From a virus: DNA of 64,000 nt. The stretch covers positions 32,001 to 96,000 of IMG/VR virus record IMGVR_UViG_3300027747_003534; one strand, given 5' to 3'. The translations under genes and the position numbers were made by a program. The notes beneath the pieces were generated by a model that ran no database searches, was not told the origin of the DNA, and saw only the letters and a program-made list of their open reading frames with translations. Position 1 is the stretch's first letter; each line of letters starts with the position of its first letter. Below, one piece after another: positions 38,807-49,100 of the stretch.

Positions 38807-41800
38807 GCTATAATATTACAGATAATTTGGTTATTGGTAGCGGCATTAATCCTGATATAACATTATCACAAACATCGGGAATTAGCACAGTTTTTAATGC
38901 TAATAAGCAAAATATTGATTTTCAAATATCTTCTACTGGTAATTCTAGTCTCACTTATGATGCTTCTACCGGAAGACTGGGAATTAATACTGGTTTGCCA
39001 GACGCTGTCTTACACATAGTTACTCCATGCTCAAAAGATGGCCTAATTATAGAGAGCATTACTAACTGTCCTACCGGAGTCACTTTGTTACTGGTACACA
39101 ATCCACAAACACAGCCAGTAAGTGGCAGTTATCCATCTATTATAAATCTTGCTGGTAGAGATACTAATTATAATGAAATATATTATGGTCAAATATTATC
39201 TAAAATCTTAGACCCAAATACAGGATCAACAAGTGGGGAAATTATTTTTACAGTTGATCAAACTGGTATAAATAAACCTGTTTTTGTAGCTAATTTAGCT
39301 AATGTTACTTTAGGGGGTAATAATTCTGTTTCTGGTTTTTCTTATAATATTGTTGGTAACTATAATGAATTAAGTGGAACTTTATATAATAATATTGGGT
39401 CTCTCAATACTGGTAAAATTAATAGTGGAATAATTATTGGCAATAGTAATATTGTAAACGGAGACGGAGTATTTCTATTTGCTAATAATTCAGTATTTTC
39501 TGGAGTTTCTGGTATAAACGTAGGAAACTCAATTGTTACCAGTGGATCTAATAATACATTATTAGGTAATTTTGTTAATATCACAGGACTGCATAATATT
39601 TTATTGGGTAGTAATAATAATGCTAGTATTTCATCAACCGTTGGCTTGGCTCAAGGGCTAACCGCTTCTGGAATCTCAGGAATAGTTTTGGGCTCTAATG
39701 CTTCTAATATTGGCGATTTTAATATTTATATAGGGAACGACACTTCAGTATCTGGCAGTAATAATAATCTCATAGGTTCATTAGTATATTTAACTGGTAA
39801 TAATAATCTTTCTTATGGTAATCAAAATATAGTTAGCGGAAATAATCTAATATGTATTGGGTCTTATCAAACAGCATCTAATATTAATAGCGGAATTTTT
39901 ATAGGCAATAGAATAGGTTCCAACGATGCTGTTAGATCCATGATTATAGGTATCGGCAACAATAATAATCCTAATCAACAAGGACTGTCTGATAGCATAT
40001 TACTTGGTATTAATAATACCATAAATAGTGGAGGGGTACCAGACAAGCTTTTATTAGTTGGTCAAAATAATATTATAAAAGACATAACTAATTCTTTATT
40101 GGTTGGAAACCAGAACAATGCTAGTGGTTCAATAAATAATACAGTATTCCTTGGCAATACTAATTCAGCAGGATCTAATAGTAATAATAATATTATTATA
40201 GGTATTCTCAACAATCAAACTGGCGCATATATAAATACTGCTGGTAATATTAGTGGTATTGCTAAGGTTATGAATATTCCTCTTAATAACAGTGTTATTG
40301 CTGGTATTAATAATGCTCAATATGGTGGATTATCTAATAATATAGTTGGAAATAAAAACTCAGTATCCGGCTCGAACGACACTGTAATAGGCTCATTCAA
40401 TGATCTGCGTCATTCTTCAAAATCCTATAGTATAGGTAATTCTAACTACATTATTGGAGATAATATTGGTGCAGCAGGGAGCAATTCATTAATCGTTGGT
40501 AAAGACTCTCTTGTTTTTAATAACTCAGATAAACGTATGGATGTTTTTGGTAGTGGTAATATAGTTTTGGGTTATAATCAATTAGCAACTAGCGGGTTGG
40601 TAGTAGGTACCAATAATAAAATATATGGACTAAATAATACTATTTATGGAAGAAATAATACTCTTGGATCTATTGCTCATCCTTTTCTGATGAATGGTTT
40701 ATCTTCATTCAGCATATCTATTCCGTCATTAAATGTTTCTAATAAATATACTGTGGGCGATTTAGCTCTAATTTCTATCCAAAGTCCAGCTTCTACTGGC
40801 AATACATTTATAAGAGAAATATTAAATATTACAGAGAACACTATAGATAATACTACTGTCGTTCAGTTTAGCACTTCTATTGGTGTTGATGCTTCTAATG
40901 GTTATTATTCTATTAATTCTAATTTTGATGATAATAATAGTCCAAATAATACTGTTGTTAGTGGCTTGATTATGCCATACATGGTTGGTGGAGGTGCTGG
41001 AGGTCCAGAACTTAATCCATCATATGGTTGTAATAATATTATAATAGGATCAAATAATAAATATATATATAGTAGTGGTACAGTGATTGGCTTTAACAAT
41101 AATGTATCTGGTGTTAAAAATGTTGTTGTTGGTTATGGTATTAGCGGAATAACAGATAATACATTATATATTGGTACAAATAATTTAAATAAAGTTATTT
41201 TAGATAATGATTTAATAGTATTTAATTCTGGTAAAGTTCAAAGTAATTTTATTGTTAAATCAACAGATAATAATACTTCAATCGTTAATATTGATCTGAA
41301 TAATAATAGATTTGGAATTAATACCGATAGACCAACAGCTGATTTATCTGTAAGTGGATTAACTAGCACTAGTACAATTAGAGTAGGTTTTTCTTCACCT
41401 GATCAGTATGTTTTAACTTCTAATGTAAATGGCTATGGAACATGGCAATTACCAGTAAGGTTATCAGGATTAGATACTGGCCTAATGGTTAAAATTAATA
41501 ATAAAGTCGGTAGTGGTATTTCTAATATTTATTTTGATCCTAATGGTGAATCATTAAATTTTAATCTAGATAATAATAATGGATTAATAATAAATCCAAC
41601 AGGGATTTTTGTTAATGATGGTGGCAATCTTTATACAATGAGAATCAGAGGGAGCGGTGGTGATGATTTTGCTAAAGTATTATTTAATACTAATCTTGGT
41701 AATAATAGAATAGATTTCTTTAATGTAAGTGGAAATTCTGGAGTCTTTAATAATTTAAGCTTAGCTAGTGGTTTGAGTTTGCCAATAAGTCTTACTGGTA

Positions 41801-43191
41801 CATTCCTTTATGTGAATTCTAGTGGTAAACTATTGTCCTATCCTTCTAGAGCATGCTCTGTACTATATGCCAGTAGTAATTCTTGGGCTACTGGAGATAC
41901 TTCTTTCAGATGGTTTAATAATCAATCAACCTTAGCCCTAGGAGCTACTGGCATTGTTAGTTATGATCTATTAGCAACTAATACTAATGATACAAATTAT
42001 AACATATTATTAAGTTCTAATAATCAAATTGATACAATATTTAATAATCGAGGATTAGGTAATAAATTTTCAGTTATTAATTCTGGAGCACTAAATACCA
42101 GAAGAGGGTTACATATTAGCCCCGCTAGTGGCCAAGTAGCTATTAATGTTATTCCAGATACTTTTAATAGTGTTATTAATCAGGCTCATTTATATGTTGA
42201 AGGTAAAACATGGACTAATAGTTTAAGAATAGGTCCAGGTATTACAACATCTGGCTTATATCTAAGAGTAGATAATGCTGGTAATGTGATCCCTAGCACT
42301 TTAGATCTAACAACACAATTTAGTGGTAATTATCCTATTACTACCACTTATACATCACTTGGTCAAAATAATGCTTTTAGAGTTGATATAGGTTTACAAA
42401 ATGTTGATAGAGCAGGTAATTCTTTGGGAGTTAATAACGATGGTCAGTCTTTAATATGGGATGGAGCCAAATGGAACTTAAATAAAGGCATTATAGCTCC
42501 ACAAAGCTCATGGTTATCTAATGATGACAAAACATTAAAGGGTTTGCAGTTTGGTTATAAGTCCAAGGTAAATTATACGTACCATACTCATGCATTTGCT
42601 GCTGGTTCTTTTTTACATGGATCTAATTTATATGATGGATCATCACAATTTACTCAACACTATCTAAGATGTCGAACTCCTGCTTCTGGAGGAAACATTG
42701 TTGCATTAACAACTAATTTTGCAAAAGACAGCGTGACTACTGAAAATCAGTACAATACTATAAGTCTTTCTAATGTGAATGGATATAATTATGATAATGT
42801 TTGGACATATAATATTTTTGTGTCCGTATTATGGCAAAATGGAACTAATAGCAGTAATCCTGCTGTGGGTGATAGACAAGCTGCTGGTATGAGTATTCAA
42901 GGATGTATTTATAGATCAGCTGATGGAACGATATTTACAAAACTTGGTCAAGAAAAAATAAATATATTTGCTACAGGAGTTGGTGTGGTTGGAATGCCTG
43001 CGGGAATGGGAGTTGGAACATATTTAGATAATGATGGTCAAACTAATGTTCCTAGATTAAGCATACGAGCAACAGGAGTTGATGGAAAAACAGCCCTATG
43101 GACAGCAACTGCACAAATTCACCAATTAAATCATCCGGCAGGGTCAGTTGACGGATCTCCATTCGGATATAATTTATATGGTAGTGTATAA
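38803..43191 (+). CDS. Tail fibre/spike with YadA-head-like beta-roll repeats
   Basis: Many G.xN..SG..N.IIG..N repeats; RLGINT..P..LHI fibre motifs; ATGA overlap with the TMP stop. Confidence 0.7.
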   Translation: MSYNITDNLVIGSGINPDITLSQTSGISTVFNANKQNIDFQISSTGNSSLTYDASTGRLGINTGLPDAVLHIVTPCSKDGLIIESITNCPTGVTLLLVHNPQTQPVSGSYPSIINLAGRDTNYNEIYYGQILSKILDPNTGSTSGEIIFTVDQTGINKPVFVANLANVTLGGNNSVSGFSYNIVGNYNELSGTLYNNIGSLNTGKINSGIIIGNSNIVNGDGVFLFANNSVFSGVSGINVGNSIVTSGSNNTLLGNFVNITGLHNILLGSNNNASISSTVGLAQGLTASGISGIVLGSNASNIGDFNIYIGNDTSVSGSNNNLIGSLVYLTGNNNLSYGNQNIVSGNNLICIGSYQTASNINSGIFIGNRIGSNDAVRSMIIGIGNNNNPNQQGLSDSILLGINNTINSGGVPDKLLLVGQNNIIKDITNSLLVGNQNNASGSINNTVFLGNTNSAGSNSNNNIIIGILNNQTGAYINTAGNISGIAKVMNIPLNNSVIAGINNAQYGGLSNNIVGNKNSVSGSNDTVIGSFNDLRHSSKSYSIGNSNYIIGDNIGAAGSNSLIVGKDSLVFNNSDKRMDVFGSGNIVLGYNQLATSGLVVGTNNKIYGLNNTIYGRNNTLGSIAHPFLMNGLSSFSISIPSLNVSNKYTVGDLALISIQSPASTGNTFIREILNITENTIDNTTVVQFSTSIGVDASNGYYSINSNFDDNNSPNNTVVSGLIMPYMVGGGAGGPELNPSYGCNNIIIGSNNKYIYSSGTVIGFNNNVSGVKNVVVGYGISGITDNTLYIGTNNLNKVILDNDLIVFNSGKVQSNFIVKSTDNNTSIVNIDLNNNRFGINTDRPTADLSVSGLTSTSTIRVGFSSPDQYVLTSNVNGYGTWQLPVRLSGLDTGLMVKINNKVGSGISNIYFDPNGESLNFNLDNNNGLIINPTGIFVNDGGNLYTMRIRGSGGDDFAKVLFNTNLGNNRIDFFNVSGNSGVFNNLSLASGLSLPISLTGTFLYVNSSGKLLSYPSRACSVLYASSNSWATGDTSFRWFNNQSTLALGATGIVSYDLLATNTNDTNYNILLSSNNQIDTIFNNRGLGNKFSVINSGALNTRRGLHISPASGQVAINVIPDTFNSVINQAHLYVEGKTWTNSLRIGPGITTSGLYLRVDNAGNVIPSTLDLTTQFSGNYPITTTYTSLGQNNAFRVDIGLQNVDRAGNSLGVNNDGQSLIWDGAKWNLNKGIIAPQSSWLSNDDKTLKGLQFGYKSKVNYTYHTHAFAAGSFLHGSNLYDGSSQFTQHYLRCRTPASGGNIVALTTNFAKDSVTTENQYNTISLSNVNGYNYDNVWTYNIFVSVLWQNGTNSSNPAVGDRQAAGMSIQGCIYRSADGTIFTKLGQEKINIFATGVGVVGMPAGMGVGTYLDNDGQTNVPRLSIRATGVDGKTALWTATAQIHQLNHPAGSVDGSPFGYNLYGSV

Positions 43192-43194
43192 TAA
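43183..43194 (+). promoter_or_regulatory. Candidate late-promoter motif
   Basis: AGTGTATAATAA, 35 bp upstream of the ATG at 43218. Confidence 0.35.
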
Positions 43195-43217
43195 GTATTA
43201 GTTAGTAAGGACAAATA

Positions 43218-44657
43218 ATGGGATCATTATCAATAGGACCTAGCTTAAAATTAACACCAATTCCATTGGTCACAATAAGCAATGAAATACAAAGGGACGG
43301 AGCAGGAAAACCCATAGGGTGCACAACCAATATTACATTGAAGGGAGAAATATATCCCTCCGGAATACAATTTGGAGGAAATGATAATAATAATCCAACA
43401 CAGCAGTATACAGATGCATTATTAAACACCGCTCTACAAGCAGCAACTGGCATAAGACAAAAATTAAATAATTTATTTAGAGATTCCACGCCTATAGATC
43501 TAACACTGCCTAATTCATATGGCTTATTCACTAATTGTTATATTAAAAAATATTCTGTAGACGAAAATGAAAATAGATGGGTTAATACTATCCCATATAG
43601 CATAGAACTAATCTGCGAAAGAAATGAGCCCTCTGGAAATTTATATTTAGTTAATAGTACCAAAGACTCTTGGACTATAGAATCACTAGAAGAATATTGG
43701 AAAACAAATGCCGAAGGAGCTGGAACTAAGGGTCCTCTGTATAGAATTACTCATTCTGTAGGAGCTGTCGGAAAGTATTATCCAGGAACAACTCCGTTGC
43801 AAAATGCTAAGCAGTGGGTTAATAGTGGAAACTTAAATTTTGATGGTAATATAAATATAAATAATAATTTAGTGTTATTTAATCATATTAGAAAAGTAAA
43901 TATTAATAAATTTGAGGGTTCTTATGGTTTTGATGACACTTGGTTAGCTGTTGATAATTTAGAAGATATTTCAAAACATTCTATAGAAAATTTTGAAGTA
44001 GAAATTAGTATTGATGAATCTAAAAATATTGTAGCAAATGTTAAGGGGTCGGTTCAGGGAATAGAATTGTTTAGTAAAAATAATACTGGAATTCCAGGTT
44101 ATGATAAACCTGCTACTGATTCAACAAATTTTATTCCTACTACTGGGAGATTTGCTAATGCTTTAAAAACATATATTGATGTTAGAAATCAAATAAATAG
44201 TAGAGCTAGCGCTTTAGCTGGAGCAACATTAAATCCTAAACCACTGTCTATAGTAGAAGGATTTGATTCGGCTGCTGGATTGATAACATATAGCTTTTCT
44301 TATGATAGTAGACCAAAAACTATAGTGCCAGAAGCAATCAGCGAAAATATAACCGTAGATACTAACTATGGACAAAAAAAATTATATGCTTCTATTTTTG
44401 TTCTAGGACGAAAATTAGGTCCAATATTACAAGAAATTAACTCAAATGGAACATATAGTTCTACTACTGTCAATTATGAATGCGTTTTACCATCTTCAGG
44501 AATAGCAAATCTTAAATTTCCAATAACAATTTATAATAGTATACCTATTAAAGATTTTGCTCCTGACAATTATTTATATGTACAAAATAGCGGATTTTCT
44601 TGGAATATGAACGAAAATAGATTATCTATGACAATAGAGTATGTTCACAATGAGTAA
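43218..44657 (+). CDS. Putative distal-tail/baseplate hub protein (paralog A)
   Basis: Downstream of the TMP; beta-rich; colinear motifs shared with the next gene; RBS AAGGA. Confidence 0.55.
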   Translation: MGSLSIGPSLKLTPIPLVTISNEIQRDGAGKPIGCTTNITLKGEIYPSGIQFGGNDNNNPTQQYTDALLNTALQAATGIRQKLNNLFRDSTPIDLTLPNSYGLFTNCYIKKYSVDENENRWVNTIPYSIELICERNEPSGNLYLVNSTKDSWTIESLEEYWKTNAEGAGTKGPLYRITHSVGAVGKYYPGTTPLQNAKQWVNSGNLNFDGNININNNLVLFNHIRKVNINKFEGSYGFDDTWLAVDNLEDISKHSIENFEVEISIDESKNIVANVKGSVQGIELFSKNNTGIPGYDKPATDSTNFIPTTGRFANALKTYIDVRNQINSRASALAGATLNPKPLSIVEGFDSAAGLITYSFSYDSRPKTIVPEAISENITVDTNYGQKKLYASIFVLGRKLGPILQEINSNGTYSSTTVNYECVLPSSGIANLKFPITIYNSIPIKDFAPDNYLYVQNSGFSWNMNENRLSMTIEYVHNE

Positions 44658-46170
44658 TATAACAATATCTTTTAATAATTTATCTTTAGTCCCTACTCCA
44701 GCAGTTAGTATTAATACAGAATATTTAACTGTTGGTAGTGGTATTTCTAAAATACATACAATTAATCTAAATGGTTTATTATTTTGTAGTGGAATAACTG
44801 GTTTAATATCTGGCATAGAGACACCTAATGCTACCGGCATTTTAAATATTAATAGTAGTAGCTATGCTGTTAAAACCCTTAGTTCTAGTTTAGAACCAAC
44901 TAATGATAATTGGAGTACCACAATTCGTTATTCCATGAGTTTTGAAGGAGTAAGAACAGATGAAAATCCAGCTTTTAATACTTCAACAAATTGGCTGGTA
45001 AGTAAGATACAGGATGATTGGTCAATTGATCCATTAGATGAAAATTTTAAATATATTACAGAGCCAAATTTTGATACAAAATTATATACTCAACATCTAG
45101 CCAGCGATCTTTATTCTTTACCAGACTATCCCTTTTTTAAAATTACCAGAACCATAGGAGCAGTTGGAAGATATGAAACAAATAATCCTAATGTATTAAA
45201 TAATGCAAAAAATTGGGTTGATAATTATATAACTCAAAGTGATTCTACTCCTAGCTCATTTTTAACAAATTTTAGTAACATATATAATCATGTTAGAAAT
45301 ATATCTAAAAGCGTTACAGAGGGCTCGTATATCATTACTGATACTTGGGTAGCTAGTCGTGGTGGTGAAAACTATATACAAACATTAAATATACAGAGCT
45401 CATTAGACAGAGACGCCCTTAGAACAGTTACTATTGATGGAGAAATTAAAGGATTATCCAACGCCAATAAAACCTGGACAGACCCTGGTGCTAGTGGACT
45501 TATTATTCCAGCAGTTGCCGACGCGGCTGTCAAATATAATAATGCTCTTGCTAGATATGATGCAATATCAAATACTTTTACTGGTATGGCTACTAGCATG
45601 TTAGTTGAGACCTCTAGAAATACTAGTAATATGGTATATGATAATAATTTTAGATTTAAAACTGAATTTAATAGAAATGAGTCCAACGTAATAAATCCTA
45701 TTCCATTGTCTAGTGGAACTACTCATAATAAAACAGAAGGATCTGTAAAATTTAATATTACGTTTAATAATAGGCCAATAAATTATTTTAATGGAATATC
45801 AGAAAATATTAATGTTCAAGATTCTATTGGTATGTCAAAAATCATAACTCAACTAGTAATGTATGGTCCTCCGGTTTTGCAAGACTTGGGAACAAAAGCA
45901 TCTAATACTAGAACAATTTCTATAGATGCTAAATTTGCAAACGACCCTACTGTACAAAGTACTATAACTTATTATAATACATTAAAAACTAAAAAAGATA
46001 GCGTTAGGAGTTTAGTAACCAGTCTTGATCCTGGAAATGTATTAAAAAATATATCATCTCCTAACTTAGAAATAAAAAGCTTTTTAAAGGATAGTAGTGC
46101 CAAGATAGATGTGGCTAATAATTCTGTATCATGTAATGCTACTTATGAATGGGTCTTTAAAGGAAAATAA
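44650..46170 (+). CDS. Putative distal-tail/baseplate hub protein (paralog B)
   Basis: Shares GAVG.Y, NAK.WV, NH.R, EGSY...DTW.A, NP.PLS and SENI.V with paralog A; start is 44650 or 44641. Confidence 0.55.
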   Translation: MSNITISFNNLSLVPTPAVSINTEYLTVGSGISKIHTINLNGLLFCSGITGLISGIETPNATGILNINSSSYAVKTLSSSLEPTNDNWSTTIRYSMSFEGVRTDENPAFNTSTNWLVSKIQDDWSIDPLDENFKYITEPNFDTKLYTQHLASDLYSLPDYPFFKITRTIGAVGRYETNNPNVLNNAKNWVDNYITQSDSTPSSFLTNFSNIYNHVRNISKSVTEGSYIITDTWVASRGGENYIQTLNIQSSLDRDALRTVTIDGEIKGLSNANKTWTDPGASGLIIPAVADAAVKYNNALARYDAISNTFTGMATSMLVETSRNTSNMVYDNNFRFKTEFNRNESNVINPIPLSSGTTHNKTEGSVKFNITFNNRPINYFNGISENINVQDSIGMSKIITQLVMYGPPVLQDLGTKASNTRTISIDAKFANDPTVQSTITYYNTLKTKKDSVRSLVTSLDPGNVLKNISSPNLEIKSFLKDSSAKIDVANNSVSCNATYEWVFKGK

Positions 46171-46172
46171 TA

Positions 46173-49100
46173 ATGAGTTTAGTACAGACACAGTTTTTAG
46201 GATGTAGTATAACAAAATTTAACTTTAATTTAGCATGGGGGGAGGACAATAGCCAAGCTAATATAACAGTAGTTTATGATGATTCTAAAAGTAGTTCTAG
46301 TGTAGCTAACCAAGCTGATAGCGTTAAAACTAGTTTAATAAATAGAATGTCATCTAATGGAGATATTCCTACTCAAAATAGTTATATTATATCTCAAAGC
46401 ATACCATCAGATATGTCTGTATCGGCTAAAAAAAGAAGGTGGCCTACTAATAGTACAGTTTCTACAACAAGCGAAGAGGCTGATCCTAATTTCATAGGAC
46501 TAAACTATGATATAATAGGATGTCCAGCTAGATTTAAATATGATACTAATTTAGAATTTGGTGGATTGATCAAAAGTTGGAAAACAGTAGGATCAGTATC
46601 TGGAAAAGATATGTATGAAGTTACTTTACAAGGATACTCTACATTACTAAATAATAGCTATTTAATAATTAATAATTATATAGGATCTATTTCAGATTTT
46701 GTTGATAGTGATTGGGCGTCTCCTATGATAGTTGATACCGTTGGTGGTGGAACCCCAACTTTGTATCAAGGAAATATACCAAATGTCTTTAATGTTTATG
46801 GTTCCTATGAATCTGCTGTTTTTGGTAGTTCATTAAAAAATGACAGAGGAATGTCAGCTAAACAAATATATAATTTTTTAAGAAATTCATTCTCTTCTCA
46901 AAATCAATATAATCCTTATGGTGGACTAGTTACTAAAACAGTCGCTAATTTTGGTGGATCAATAATTGGTACATCTTCACTTCAGGATCAAGGACTATGT
47001 CGAGATATATCATGCGCTGATTCTATACAAAGAAGTTTATTTTCTATTGATATATCAGATATTCCAATACCTCCTGATACTTTATATATCCCTAATTCCG
47101 TTATAAGTATTGGAGAATTTATAAGAATATTATGCGAAGGCGCCGGGTGTGATTATTCTGTGATTTTTATTAATAGCACATCTGGAAATTTCACAGGAAC
47201 AATTAAAATAAAAACTGTTTCGAGAAGAAGCATACCATCACCGAATGCATTAAAAATTCAGATCAATAATTTAATAAATCAAAATAGTTCTAAGATATCT
47301 AGCTATTCTTACGGTCAAGAAATTTCAGATAATCCATTAAGATTAATGTATATAGGAGGAAAGCAAAAAAGACTTTATCAAGCTTTGTCTACTAATTTAT
47401 CTCAAACTCAAACAACAATGGTATATGATCCATATAAAGGTGTTTTTATGGGTTTGCCAGCTGCTACAGTAAATCAATATATGGTTCCAGATCGTAAATT
47501 TACAAGACGTTTTAATTCTTGGACTGAAGGAGTAGGATATGTTGGACAACAGGCAACAGCCACAGACTTTTATTCGACTGTAAATTTGGGCAGCGTCTAT
47601 TCAAGATGGAAGAATAATTATGAAGGAGTGGATAGTAGTTCAAATTCTTCAACTTCCAATTCTAATTATGCTATATACAATGATATTATAAGTCCTTATT
47701 TTGGTATGAATGGAGATACTTATAGTGATAGTGGAGCTGGTAATTTTAGCGGCACAGAAAATAATTATTCTTATTCTGATGCCAGAAAAGTATACTGGGA
47801 TAAAGAAACAAATCAATTAATGATAGTATTTATTAAAAATGACATAACTAGAGTTTTATCTAATCCATATTATGATGCTAGTTCATTTATAGTTATTGAA
47901 AATGAATTACGAGCAGCAGGAGCAGGTTTTGAATCATGGTTTACTTATTGTTTTGATAATTTCTTCTCAACAAATATAGAATCTCTAATGAAAGGATATT
48001 TTAGTAGTACATATGGTGGAAATTCTTACTTTAAAGCAATATCGATTATTAAATGGAATAGCATAGGAAAACAGAGCGGATCCATGAGTTTTAATAATCA
48101 TCCTGGAAATATAAATATTGATAATGCTAATGCATACGTTAGAGCTTTCTATCAAGATCTAAATAAAGTTTGGGAAATTATGAAAAAAGTTCATGATACA
48201 TATTATGGTAAATCATATATGGTTAGGACTCCATCAGTTCTATATTATCAAGACCCAGAGTCTGGTCAATATTTTTATAATTGGCAAATATCAACAGATG
48301 GAGCTTGGGAAGAAAATGGTACATTTATTGATGACACTATGGTTATTGGTTCTACAGTAGCTGATACTTTTAGGGATGAGGTAGGAAAGATAAAACCTAT
48401 TTTAGGCTTTAATGCTAATGCAGATAAATCAACAAAGGATGATTGGCTAGATACTCAACTTCAAGCATCTGCAGCTGGGGGCATGGGAGCTATGCATGCT
48501 GTAATTCAAAAAGAATATAGAAAATTTACATCAAGAGCAGAACAAAATAAATTCTTTTATTTTCCATTAGAACATAACTTGAGTCCAAGTGATTATACCT
48601 ATATACAATATGCTAGTCCATCAGTACAAAATCAAGGATATAGTTTTCCTTCTGTTAACGATGGAAGTTTTACAACTCCAAAAGGAGACAGTATTCCACA
48701 GGGCTATTCTTACAAAATGTATGTAGCAGCATCAGCTCAGGAGCAATTAGTTTATATAGATGGTACTCCTAGGGTAGTAATGTCTATAGATCAACCAATT
48801 AAATTAGGAGGTGGTAAAAATGAATGTGAAAGATCCTTAGTTTTTACTATGTTACATGATGCTATTTTAGCAAGCAAATATAATAGAACATTTAAATCTG
48901 GTTTTGACTCTACTAAAATTCGTGATGGAGCATTATTATCTTGGTTTTTGTGCGGAAATGCTAGGATTTCTAATGATATAAATACTACAGTTAGTGTTAA
49001 TGATAGTGGGCCTAACATTCCAATAGAACCTAAAGCAACATGTCCAGCATTTGCTGCTATTCCTATTCAATTTAATTTGGCTACTTATGGACCATGGATA

